A DNA stretch of 64,000 bases from Thermoplasmata archaeon (GTDB lineage Archaea; Thermoplasmatota; Thermoplasmata; UBA10834): assembly GCA_035529455.1 (NCBI GenBank), contig DATKWQ010000022.1, positions 7,418 through 71,417 on the forward strand, given 5' to 3'. Below the pieces are notes generated by a model, which was not told the DNA's origin, did no database searches, and saw only the letters and a list, made by a program, of their open reading frames with translations. Below are positions 8,818-17,329 of this stretch, piece after piece. How positions within the stretch are numbered: the stretch's first letter is position 1; each line of letters opens with the position of its first letter. The position numbers were made by a program, and so were the translations under genes.

Positions 8818-10935
8818 TCACCCCGCGGACCGCATCCCAGCTGGCTCTGCACCACATCTCCACTTCAGCTCCTCGGCGCGGGCGCGTGCCGCATCGGCGT
8901 TTTTCGCTTTGCCAAGCGCCTCAAACGCCCTCACCATGATCTCGAACGGCTCCCAATCGTTCCTGTCTATGCCCGATGCCATCATTGCCGCGTCCAACGC
9001 ATCCTCGAACCTGTCCAGGCCGAGTAGGGCGTTGGCAAGACACAGGGCTGCAGTGTGGTCTCCTGGAGATCCGTCCAAGACCGCACGAAGCCCCTCCACG
9101 GCCTCGTCCCAATCACCGTTCGTGTACGCCACCTCCGCGGCAAGTCTGCGGCGCTCGTCGGGCGGACAACGCGCCACCAACACGGACGCGGCATCGCGCC
9201 CCCTGGCACGGACCAGGGCCCTGACGAGAGTTGTGCGCCCAGTGGCTGTCAGGTCTTCCGAGGCAAAGGCGGACAACTTGGTAACGACGCCGTCCCAATC
9301 ACCCCTGTGGGCCAAGAAGACCGCATACGGAAGAACGAAGTCGATGCCTCCGTGTCGCTCCATCGCCTCCGTCAGCTCTGGCGGGATCTCGGGAATGTCG
9401 TAGACCCTGCATATCTCCAATGCCAACGGCAGAGCGGACATGTCTGGATGGCGAGATATGACTGCTCGGACGGCTGAATCGAGTGCCTCGGCGTGCCTTC
9501 CGAGACGCATGAGCGCTATCGCTCTGAAGTTCCACGGGTCGCCATCATAGGCATATCGTGACCGGAGCTCGTCGGCGCAGCTGAACGCCTTCGAGAATGA
9601 CTCATGAGCACCGGCTCCATCGCCCATCTCCAACAACAGGTCGCCACGGTCCAGCCATCCGTCGCAGAGCAGAGGGTTGATCGCCAACGCGTTGTCGATC
9701 GAGGAAAGAGCATCGTCCATCCTCCCAAGCTGTCTCGCCACCGACGACCTTGCCTTCCATGCCTCCTCGTACGAGGGGTTGATGTCGAGCGACTCGAGCA
9801 GCAGCTCGTAGCCTTCCTCGGGTTCTCCCACTGCGGCCTTGCACACTCCCTTCGCAAACAGAGCATAGTCGAAGTCCGGACGTATCTCGAGCGACCTGTT
9901 GTGGAAGGGGATCGCGTCCCCGTATCTGCCCATCTTCTCCAGGGCGTTCCCTATGTTGTTCCACGCGATCTCGTAGTCCGGGTCAACGTTGATCGCGTCG
10001 ACGAAGCGGGGGATGGACTCGGCGTAATGACCCAGGTTGTACAGGGCGTTGCCGAGGTTGTTGAGCAGGATCGGGTCGACAGCGTCTATCTCGAGCGCCT
10101 TCGTGTAGCACTTCACCGCCTCCTTCAGGCGGTCGACCCCGTGCAGGCAATATCCCTTGTTGTACCACGCGTGTTTGTATTCGGGACTTATCTCGATTGC
10201 CCTGTCGAAGGCCGCGAGGGCCCTGTCGGCCTGTCCGGCACAGAAGCAGCTGTACCCGAAGTTGTTCCATATCTGCGGGTCGTTAGGAGACCGTTTGAGC
10301 GCCTTCTCAAAAGACATGATCGCCTCCTCGTACTCGCCGAGCGTGTGTCTCACGCCCCCGAGGTGGACGTAGCCGAGGGCGTCGTCCGGGTTCGACGCGA
10401 TGTACCACTTGCAGCATTCGACAGCCGACGCGCCGTCCCGCGCCTCGACATACAGGTCGGCTTTGATCAGCCATAGGGACCTGTCGCCTCCTGATGGAAC
10501 GGATATCTTCCGCGTAGTCATCCTGGCGCGCCTGCGAAGGCCGATCTCGTTGTACGACTCCGCCAGTCCGATGAGGTTCTCCGCGCGGTCGTGATTGAGC
10601 CGATGGGCCTTCGAATACGCCCTTGATGCCTGCCAATATCGTTCCTGAGCGAACAGACAGTTGCCCAGGTTGTGCCACGCAAGCTCGTACGAAGGTGATT
10701 CGGATATCGCTGACCTGTAGCACTCGGCGGCCTCGAGCCTCCTGCCAATGGCATCGAGGGCCGCGCCCTTGTTGTTCAGGGCGACGATACTCGACAGCCC
10801 CTTGGCGATCGCCCCGTCCAAGAGCTCGATCGCGAGCATGTACTCGCCCCTGTCGTATGCCTCATTCGCCTTGGCGAACAGGGCGGACGCCTCCGCCGGT
10901 TCGTCTGGATTGCCACCATGGGCTATCTTGGTCAA
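8818..10935 (-). CDS. Tetratricopeptide repeat protein
   Basis: Many AWxNxG...A...Y/F..A..I.P TPR units over 705 aa. Confidence 0.92.
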   Translation of the reverse strand: MTKIAHGGNPDEPAEASALFAKANEAYDRGEYMLAIELLDGAIAKGLSSIVALNNKGAALDAIGRRLEAAECYRSAISESPSYELAWHNLGNCLFAQERYWQASRAYSKAHRLNHDRAENLIGLAESYNEIGLRRRARMTTRKISVPSGGDRSLWLIKADLYVEARDGASAVECCKWYIASNPDDALGYVHLGGVRHTLGEYEEAIMSFEKALKRSPNDPQIWNNFGYSCFCAGQADRALAAFDRAIEISPEYKHAWYNKGYCLHGVDRLKEAVKCYTKALEIDAVDPILLNNLGNALYNLGHYAESIPRFVDAINVDPDYEIAWNNIGNALEKMGRYGDAIPFHNRSLEIRPDFDYALFAKGVCKAAVGEPEEGYELLLESLDINPSYEEAWKARSSVARQLGRMDDALSSIDNALAINPLLCDGWLDRGDLLLEMGDGAGAHESFSKAFSCADELRSRYAYDGDPWNFRAIALMRLGRHAEALDSAVRAVISRHPDMSALPLALEICRVYDIPEIPPELTEAMERHGGIDFVLPYAVFLAHRGDWDGVVTKLSAFASEDLTATGRTTLVRALVRARGRDAASVLVARCPPDERRRLAAEVAYTNGDWDEAVEGLRAVLDGSPGDHTAALCLANALLGLDRFEDALDAAMMASGIDRNDWEPFEIMVRAFEALGKAKNADAARARAEELKWRCGAEPAGMRSAG

Positions 10936-11057
10936 GCGTACTTTCCATGCGCAGAGACGTAGATATTCTTTTTGAATGGGGGTGCTTGTCGCCGCGCCTC
11001 CCCCAAAGTTTATATTTGATATCGCGTATAATTCACCCTTCCGAGGTGTGTCGCGAG

Positions 11058-11843
11058 ATGCTCGTTCTCTTCAGTCCTTCGCCGCAGTCCATCGTCACCG
11101 CGTATCTCGCAAGCAGGGTCCACAACGGCAAGCCAATCGAGAGCACGCGAGGCCAGAAGTTCTTCTTCGAGGAGACACTCGACGCGGACAAGGCGGACTA
11201 CGACGAGCTCTATTCTGAATTCAGGGAAAGGTTCGGCGGACTGGACTTCCTTGAGAACGAGAAGCTGAACGGCATACTCGAGGACGAGATATTCTGGGCA
11301 TCTAGGTTCGCTGCCAGGGACAGATACCAGCTGGTCTTCAGGGTGCTCGAACTGATAGAGAAGAAAGGCACCAAGGCGTATCTCTCCCAGGAAACCCCGG
11401 AGGCGAATGAGATGAAGGACAGAGTCCGCCGAGTGACCGGAGAGTTCCGCAGGGCACGGGACTTCCTGTCGTTCACGGAGGACTCCGCCAACAAGGCGAT
11501 CATAGGCCGCGCGAGCTTCGAGCACAGGGTTGTCGACCTTGTCCTCAGACACTTCGCCCGCAGGAAACCAGGCTATGCGGTCGTGATACTCGACGAGGAG
11601 CACGCCCATATATGCTTGAACAACGAGATACTGATAGAGTCGCGTGACAGGTTCCCGAGCAGGAAAGAGAGGAAGGACGCCAAGCGTTTCTGGCTGCTGC
11701 TGTCAGATATGAAGAACCTGAATTCGAAGAAGGACCCCGAGTACTATAGTGAGACGCTCCCGGAGAACTACTGGAAATGGGTGACAGAGGGTACGGAGGT
11801 CGCGACGTCGTCGAATGTGAAGACTCTGGACAACTTCACGTGA
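11058..11843 (+). CDS. DUF4130-family (TIGR03915-like) putative DNA metabolism protein
   Basis: FEHRVVDLVLRHFARR, VILD, FW and LPENYWK resemble DUF4130 motifs. RBS GAGGTG precedes ATG 11058. Confidence 0.7.
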   Translation: MLVLFSPSPQSIVTAYLASRVHNGKPIESTRGQKFFFEETLDADKADYDELYSEFRERFGGLDFLENEKLNGILEDEIFWASRFAARDRYQLVFRVLELIEKKGTKAYLSQETPEANEMKDRVRRVTGEFRRARDFLSFTEDSANKAIIGRASFEHRVVDLVLRHFARRKPGYAVVILDEEHAHICLNNEILIESRDRFPSRKERKDAKRFWLLLSDMKNLNSKKDPEYYSETLPENYWKWVTEGTEVATSSNVKTLDNFT

Positions 11844-11990
11844 GCGCCCACGACAATTACGTCCATCATTGCACATCGTTGGCAGGACAGTCTTGCTGGA
11901 GCCTGGCCAGAACGGCGAATTTTGCCGAATGAGTTATTAAGCCATCATCACCTTAACTTCGCCTAGGGCATCATCTTAGGAGCAACGGCT

Positions 11991-12704
11991 TTGAACGGTG
12001 AAAAGCAGAGTCTGGGACTCGGCGAAGAGCTCCCGGCGTACATGGACCTCTTGAGTCATGATATTCTCAATCTGAACCAAACGGTGCTGAGCAGCATCGA
12101 GTTCATGACATCTTCGTCATCCCTGGACGACAGGGCGATGGAGCACGCGGAGAGAGCAACGTCGCAGATAAGGATCTCAACACTGCTGGTGGAGAGCATC
12201 AACAAGCTCTGCCTGCTCCAGAAGGAAGACGATCTGAGGACGACGACGGTCGTCCTGGCGGACGAGGTCGCAAAGGCGATCCACGCACTCAACGACATAT
12301 TGCCGCACCGAGGAGTGCGCCTGACGGTCGAGAGCAGCCCAGAAGCTGTCGTTATGGATTCGAAGGACATGGTCTCGCAGTCGATCCTCAACGCACTCAT
12401 CAACATGGTACAGCTTGACCCATCCGAGTCACCGGAGATAACGATAAAGACGGAACGACCGGGAACCGATGGACTCACATGGCGTGTGCGCCTTGAGGAC
12501 TCGAACCTGGCCCTCTCCAAGAATCTCGACCTGGACACCATCGTGAGCGAGTCTGGCGAGTCTCGTTCCAAGACCGTGAGACTCGCTGGCATCTTGCTGT
12601 CGAAGATGATGGTGGAGACGCTCGGTGGAGAGATAGAGATTGACTGCTGCAACGAACGCGGGGGCGCATTCTTGATGACATACAGGGGAGCGGTCAGCAC
12701 ATGA
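11991..12704 (+). CDS. Sensorless histidine-kinase-like protein with degenerate ATPase domain
   Basis: H-box LLSHDILNLNQ. N/D/G2 boxes are altered (NALINMVQ, EDSNLAL, RLAGILLSKMMVETLGGEI). Confidence 0.75.
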   Translation: MNGEKQSLGLGEELPAYMDLLSHDILNLNQTVLSSIEFMTSSSSLDDRAMEHAERATSQIRISTLLVESINKLCLLQKEDDLRTTTVVLADEVAKAIHALNDILPHRGVRLTVESSPEAVVMDSKDMVSQSILNALINMVQLDPSESPEITIKTERPGTDGLTWRVRLEDSNLALSKNLDLDTIVSESGESRSKTVRLAGILLSKMMVETLGGEIEIDCCNERGGAFLMTYRGAVST

Positions 12705-13081
12705 CAAGTGTTCTGATTGTAGATGATGAGCTGTTCATAGTCGAGCTGTACAGGGACATCCTGCAGCTGAGAGGGTACAAGGTGATGGGCACAGCCTTCG
12801 ACGGAGAGGAGGCCATTAGGAGATACAGTGACTCCTTCGAGAAGCCGGATGTGGTGATCATGGACCACAGGATGCCCGTCATGAACGGGGTCGAAGCGAC
12901 GCGCGAGATCATGAGGCTTAACCCTAACCAGAAAGTCATATTCGTGAGTGCGGACGTCCTCGTGGAGAAGGAGGCCAGGGAAGCTGGGGCGACGGAGTTC
13001 CTCCCCAAGCCGTTCAGGATGGACGACCTCATCGAGCGGATGCAGAAGGTCTCGACCGTGTCAGTCATGAAGGCATTCTGA
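12701..13081 (+). CDS. Stand-alone response regulator receiver (CheY-like)
   Basis: VLIVDDE, DVVIMDHRMPVMNG, FVSA, FLPKPF. ATGA overlap with the upstream gene. Confidence 0.95.
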   Translation: MTSVLIVDDELFIVELYRDILQLRGYKVMGTAFDGEEAIRRYSDSFEKPDVVIMDHRMPVMNGVEATREIMRLNPNQKVIFVSADVLVEKEAREAGATEFLPKPFRMDDLIERMQKVSTVSVMKAF

Positions 13082-13173
13082 GGCCAGACCCCGCCTGATA
13101 AATATGTCACTGCGGATATAGTAAGAGATAAGTTGAAGATGAGGGCTATCATACCTGAACGAAGGTTACGGCA

Positions 13174-14241
13174 TTGACGACGGACGGTTTCACAAAGGCT
13201 AAAGCCATGCATTTCCCCAGACAGGTCCTCGCAGGACACGATGTGGTCCGCGAGATTGGGCAGATGTCCAAGGATTTCGAGCTCGACGGCCCGGTCCTCC
13301 TCGTGACCGGCACGACGACTGGCAACCTCGCGGCAAAGCTGGTGGCTAGCATACTCGAAGAGCATGGCTACGAGGTCCACACTATCACGGTGGGGGAAGC
13401 CAGCAGGGATAACCTCGTGAAGGTCGAGGAACACACGAAGGAGGTCGGCGCGTCCTTCCTGATCGGTGTCGGGGGCGGCAGCAAGATCGACCTCGCGAAA
13501 CTCGCGTCAGGCAACCTGAGAATGCCGTTCCTGAGCGTGCCCACTTCCGCGTCCCACGACGGCATCGCAAGTCCCAGGGCGTCCATCAAGGACGGTGGTA
13601 ACTCGCTGTCGCTCAATGCGAGCGTGCCCCTCGGAGTGGTGGCTGACACAGCGCTGATAGTGAAGGCCCCGTACAGACTGCTCGCATCCGGGTGTGCGGA
13701 CGTCATATCGAACACAACGGCCGTGCTGGATTGGGAGCTCGCGTCGAGGCTGAGAGGCGAGTTCTTCAGCTCGAGCGCGGCGAACCTCGCCAAGTACGCC
13801 GCTGAGTCCATCATAGAAAACGCCTCGGCGATAAAACCCAACCTGGAGGACAGCGTCTGGGTGGCCATAAGGCCCATCATAATCTCCGGGATATCCATGG
13901 CTGTGGCGAGCTCCTCGCGGCCTACGAGCGGCTCTGAGCACATGTTCTCACACGTTCTCGATAAAGCGGCGCCAGGCAAGGCTCTCCACGGGGAGCAGTG
14001 CGGCGTCGGGTCAATCATGATGATGTATCTCCACGGAGGTGACTGGGAGAGACTCCGCGAAGCCCTGCGCCAGATAGGCGCGCCGACGAGTGCGGAGGAG
14101 CTCGGCATACCGGCGGAGCAGGTGATAGACGCTCTCGTGCACGCGCACGAGATAAGGAAAGACAGGTACACCATCCTAGGAGACAGAGGGTTGACCCCCG
14201 ACGCCGCTGAGCGACTGGCAGGGATCACAAAGGTGATCTGA
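13174..14241 (+). CDS. egsA: sn-glycerol-1-phosphate dehydrogenase
   Basis: GVGGGSKID, PTSASHDGIASP, SRPTSGSEH, LHGEQCG. Confidence 0.96.
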   Translation: MTTDGFTKAKAMHFPRQVLAGHDVVREIGQMSKDFELDGPVLLVTGTTTGNLAAKLVASILEEHGYEVHTITVGEASRDNLVKVEEHTKEVGASFLIGVGGGSKIDLAKLASGNLRMPFLSVPTSASHDGIASPRASIKDGGNSLSLNASVPLGVVADTALIVKAPYRLLASGCADVISNTTAVLDWELASRLRGEFFSSSAANLAKYAAESIIENASAIKPNLEDSVWVAIRPIIISGISMAVASSSRPTSGSEHMFSHVLDKAAPGKALHGEQCGVGSIMMMYLHGGDWERLREALRQIGAPTSAEELGIPAEQVIDALVHAHEIRKDRYTILGDRGLTPDAAERLAGITKVI

Positions 14242-14267
14242 ACAAGCGGCAACGAGGGGTGTAAGGT

Positions 14268-14696
14268 ATGGTACTGGTCACAGTCGTAGGCAAGATGCAG
14301 TGTAAGGTAGGCTTCGAGTTCGTTTTTGGCGGCCCTCTGGCAGAATGCAGGGACTGCAAGGTGAGGAACGTATGCTTCCACCTGGAGGAGAACAGGAGAT
14401 ACCGCGTGAGGAGCATCAGGGAAGTGCAGCACGAGTGCAGGATCCACGAGGACGGCGTAAGGGTGGTCGAGGTCGAGAAGATACCGATGCGGGCGATGAT
14501 CCCCGCGAAGGCCGCTCTCGAAGGGGCCATGCTGACATTCGAAGAGATCGAATGCAAGTACCTCAGATGCCCGAATTACCGACTGTGCAAGCCCTTGGGC
14601 GCGTTGGAGGGCATGAGGTTCAAGATATCCTCTGTCGAGAGCGGAGACGTCCAGTGCGAGAAAGGGGAGCACCTGAGAACGATTCTCCTCGAGTGA
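14268..14696 (+). CDS. UPF0179 family protein
   Basis: CxxC..C, HxCxxH and C-terminal Cys cluster; usual neighbour of egsA. Confidence 0.88.
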   Translation: MVLVTVVGKMQCKVGFEFVFGGPLAECRDCKVRNVCFHLEENRRYRVRSIREVQHECRIHEDGVRVVEVEKIPMRAMIPAKAALEGAMLTFEEIECKYLRCPNYRLCKPLGALEGMRFKISSVESGDVQCEKGEHLRTILLE

Positions 14697-14726
14697 TGGC
14701 TTCATGACCTGCGTCAGCGGGTGAGG

Positions 14727-16484
14727 TCACTCGTCCAGTTTCCGACCGCGACCAAAGCGGAAGACGGTGAACAACGCCAAGAGTGCGACCACCGGAAGGA
14801 CGACCTGACTGAACTCAGGTATGGCTTCCGAGGAGATGGTCACAATCACGGCGTCGCTGTCCGTATTGCCCGAGGTGTCTCTGACGACGAGCGTCACGAC
14901 ATATTCCCCCTCGTCCAAGAACGTGTACGACGGAGACACACCATAGAGCTCGACCGGTGACGAGTCGTACGTGAAACTCCAAGTGTAGTTGTCTATGCCG
15001 ACATCATCCGTCGAGCCGGAACCCGTGAAGGGCACAGGCATGCCCACATAGCCTGAGATGTCCGCCCCTGCGTCGGCGACTGGGTCTTCATCGTCGAGGA
15101 GGATCGAGAATATGTGCACATCGTACGGTGCGTACATCGGCGATGAGAGGCTCACACCGCCCTCATCCGAGGCTGAGATGAAATACTCCACGCTGGCGCC
15201 TGCCCCAGGGAAGGGCATCTCGACAGAGTATGTGTCGTTCCCCGAAGTCTTGGGCATGGACACATCGACCCAGCTGCCGCCGTTCACGCGGTAATGCAAC
15301 GTGGTCGAGTCCGTGTCGACTCCTCTTGCCGCCGTGATGTCCGCCTCGATATCAAGGTCTGCGTCCACAGGGACCGAGCCGCTCAGCGGCACATGGTCGA
15401 TGTCGAACTGGCGGTCGTTCCTGTCCCCAGCCATTTCAATCAGAAGCAGCGCAGGTGGGATGTTCTCCGCTATTTGAGCGAGCACTGTATCCTCTTCCTC
15501 GGGATGGAACCCATCCTGCGAACCGCCGACCTCGAAGAGTATCGCATACACATCCACGCCACCATATAGCCAATCGAGGGAATCCCCCGTTGTAGGATAC
15601 AGACCTACAGACTGGTCCGCTGTGTATCCGTTGAGGGCTGCTAGAGCGTTGCCGATCCTCACGAGATCATCGTTGTCCGGGGGCAGGTCGGTCGTGTACC
15701 CCCATGGCCACATCACGAGGTCGGAATAAGTGTGGAAGTCTATCGCCGCGACGAAGCTCCGGTTGAGGGCCAGGTCGCGAATCGCCTGCGTTTCGGGCTC
15801 CGAGAAAGGGTATTCGCCGCAATAAAGGTCGTTGGACGTGTAACTGGAGGTGCCAGCACCGCCCCATTCACCGAGGGGGTCGCCGTTCTGGGAACCGTTG
15901 TAGTTTCTGTTGAGGTCGACACCGAAAGTGCCGTCACCGTTGTCCCGCCTGTTCTTCCGCCAGCCGTCGTTCAGAGGGTCGGCCATGGAATAGTCGAGAC
16001 CGTCAGGATTTACAACGGGGACGATCCAAGTCTCCCTGTTGTCGACCAGCCAGCTGATCCTATCATCTGAGCCGTACAGGGCCGTCATGTTCTCGATGAG
16101 CTGCGTCGCGATCTCCGCGGCCGGCCATTCCCTGGCGTGCTGGAGAGCCATTATCAAGACCTCTGGCTCGCCTTCATCGATCTCCACGTTATCGGATATC
16201 TTGATTGCCAGGATGTCCCTGTCTGCGATGCCCTGCGTCTTCTCCCAGCTATCGCCTATGTCGATGACCTTGGCGATCCCAGGGAACTCCGCTTCCGTTG
16301 CATACAGGATATCCTTGATCACCGTGAAGTTCCTGTAGACATAGTCCGGAGAGGGACCAGCGGCAATAGTGACATCCATCGTTCCGTCCATGCCATTCGT
16401 GAATGGGCCTGAGGAAGCCGGGGTTGCAAGCACGACGACGAACATGCAGATGGTCAAAGTGGGCAAGAACCGTGATACAAACAT
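14727..16484 (-). CDS. Secreted M14 zinc carboxypeptidase (carboxypeptidase T-like) with PKD domain and PEF-CTERM
   Basis: Signal peptide, HAREW, NPDG, GVDLNRN, DFHTY, PKD (ADAG..YTWSF..GEYVVTLVV), IPEF-TM-basic tail. Confidence 0.93.
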   Translation of the reverse strand: MFVSRFLPTLTICMFVVVLATPASSGPFTNGMDGTMDVTIAAGPSPDYVYRNFTVIKDILYATEAEFPGIAKVIDIGDSWEKTQGIADRDILAIKISDNVEIDEGEPEVLIMALQHAREWPAAEIATQLIENMTALYGSDDRISWLVDNRETWIVPVVNPDGLDYSMADPLNDGWRKNRRDNGDGTFGVDLNRNYNGSQNGDPLGEWGGAGTSSYTSNDLYCGEYPFSEPETQAIRDLALNRSFVAAIDFHTYSDLVMWPWGYTTDLPPDNDDLVRIGNALAALNGYTADQSVGLYPTTGDSLDWLYGGVDVYAILFEVGGSQDGFHPEEEDTVLAQIAENIPPALLLIEMAGDRNDRQFDIDHVPLSGSVPVDADLDIEADITAARGVDTDSTTLHYRVNGGSWVDVSMPKTSGNDTYSVEMPFPGAGASVEYFISASDEGGVSLSSPMYAPYDVHIFSILLDDEDPVADAGADISGYVGMPVPFTGSGSTDDVGIDNYTWSFTYDSSPVELYGVSPSYTFLDEGEYVVTLVVRDTSGNTDSDAVIVTISSEAIPEFSQVVLPVVALLALFTVFRFGRGRKLDE

Positions 16485-16620
16485 CGTATGTCACACCTTC
16501 GTAGCATTGGGTCTGCGACGACCTGACCCCTTGGAGCCAGTGCGCCGAGGATGGCCCTGTTATGGCGGCGTTATGTCACCGGTTGTATATACTGATTCTC
16601 CAGAAAATACGCTCGGATGG

Positions 16621-16866
16621 TCACCCTCCACTCACAGGCGGAAGGAACGACACCTCGTCACCGTCCTTCAGTGTCAGCTTCGAAGGACCATACTCCCTGT
16701 TCACAGAGAGTATGATGTGTTCGCGAAATCTCGCCATGTCCGGGAACCGGTCAATGTACTGCTCCAGGAGCATCTGGACAGTGGCACCTTCCTCGATCTC
16801 AACATCCTCTTCCTTCTTCCCCACAATGTCCCGGAAAGAGGCGAACAACTTGACCTTGATCCGCAC
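16621..16866 (-). CDS. MoaD/ThiS-like ubiquitin-fold protein (SAMP)
   Basis: IKVKLFA through LKDGDEVSFLPPVSGG, ending in diglycine. GTG start follows AGGAG. Confidence 0.92.
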   Translation of the reverse strand: MRIKVKLFASFRDIVGKKEEDVEIEEGATVQMLLEQYIDRFPDMARFREHIILSVNREYGPSKLTLKDGDEVSFLPPVSGG

Positions 16867-17061
16867 GAGTATCCGCTCCTTAAACGCTACCACCACATTA
16901 CGAAACCTGATATTCAAACTTACCAGAGGATTTCGACAGACTCGGGGCAAGAGCGCCGGGCAGCTAATGGGGACGATATCACCGTTAACTATATGGGGGT
17001 GTCTTGAGATTCTGTCGAGGATGGCAAACAACTGTTGCACAGAAGAACTGGCGCGATGCAT

Positions 17062-17092
17062 TGATAACAAACATGATAACCATCTTGATAAC
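17062..17092. promoter_or_regulatory. Three TGATAAC direct repeats at 12-bp period (candidate operator)
   Basis: TGATAAC at 17062, 17074 and 17086 in the AT-rich divergent SAMP/nrdJ intergenic region. Confidence 0.55.
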
Positions 17093-17329
17093 AAATACTT
17101 GCACTTCCTGTGGAAAAGTGCGGTGAACTGTTACCAAGTCATGTCGGAAAAGTCCTTTTACCCACGTAACCCAATTGCGCAGGCTACGCTCAACAGCAAA
17201 GCTTTTCGCACCCTACGCAGCCAGAGGGGGTTGTCCCTGTGCTGCGATGAACCTGGTGGATGGACCATCGACGGGCGCGGGAAAGGGTTGCCATAAACAT
17301 CGCGATCAACTGCGAGTCAGAGGGGGAAA

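Noticed and set aside
13368..14705. 445-aa - strand ORF (and similar long antisense ORFs)
   Set aside because: Mirrors egsA/UPF0179; expected in GC-rich coding DNA.
16985..17000. AACTATATGGGG as an NrdR box
   Set aside because: Weak match, not in tandem, far from nrdJ; could simply be a TATA element.
17102..17125. TTCCTGTGGAAA resembles an ORB origin box
   Set aside because: Single copy, no G-string and no cdc6/orc1 nearby.
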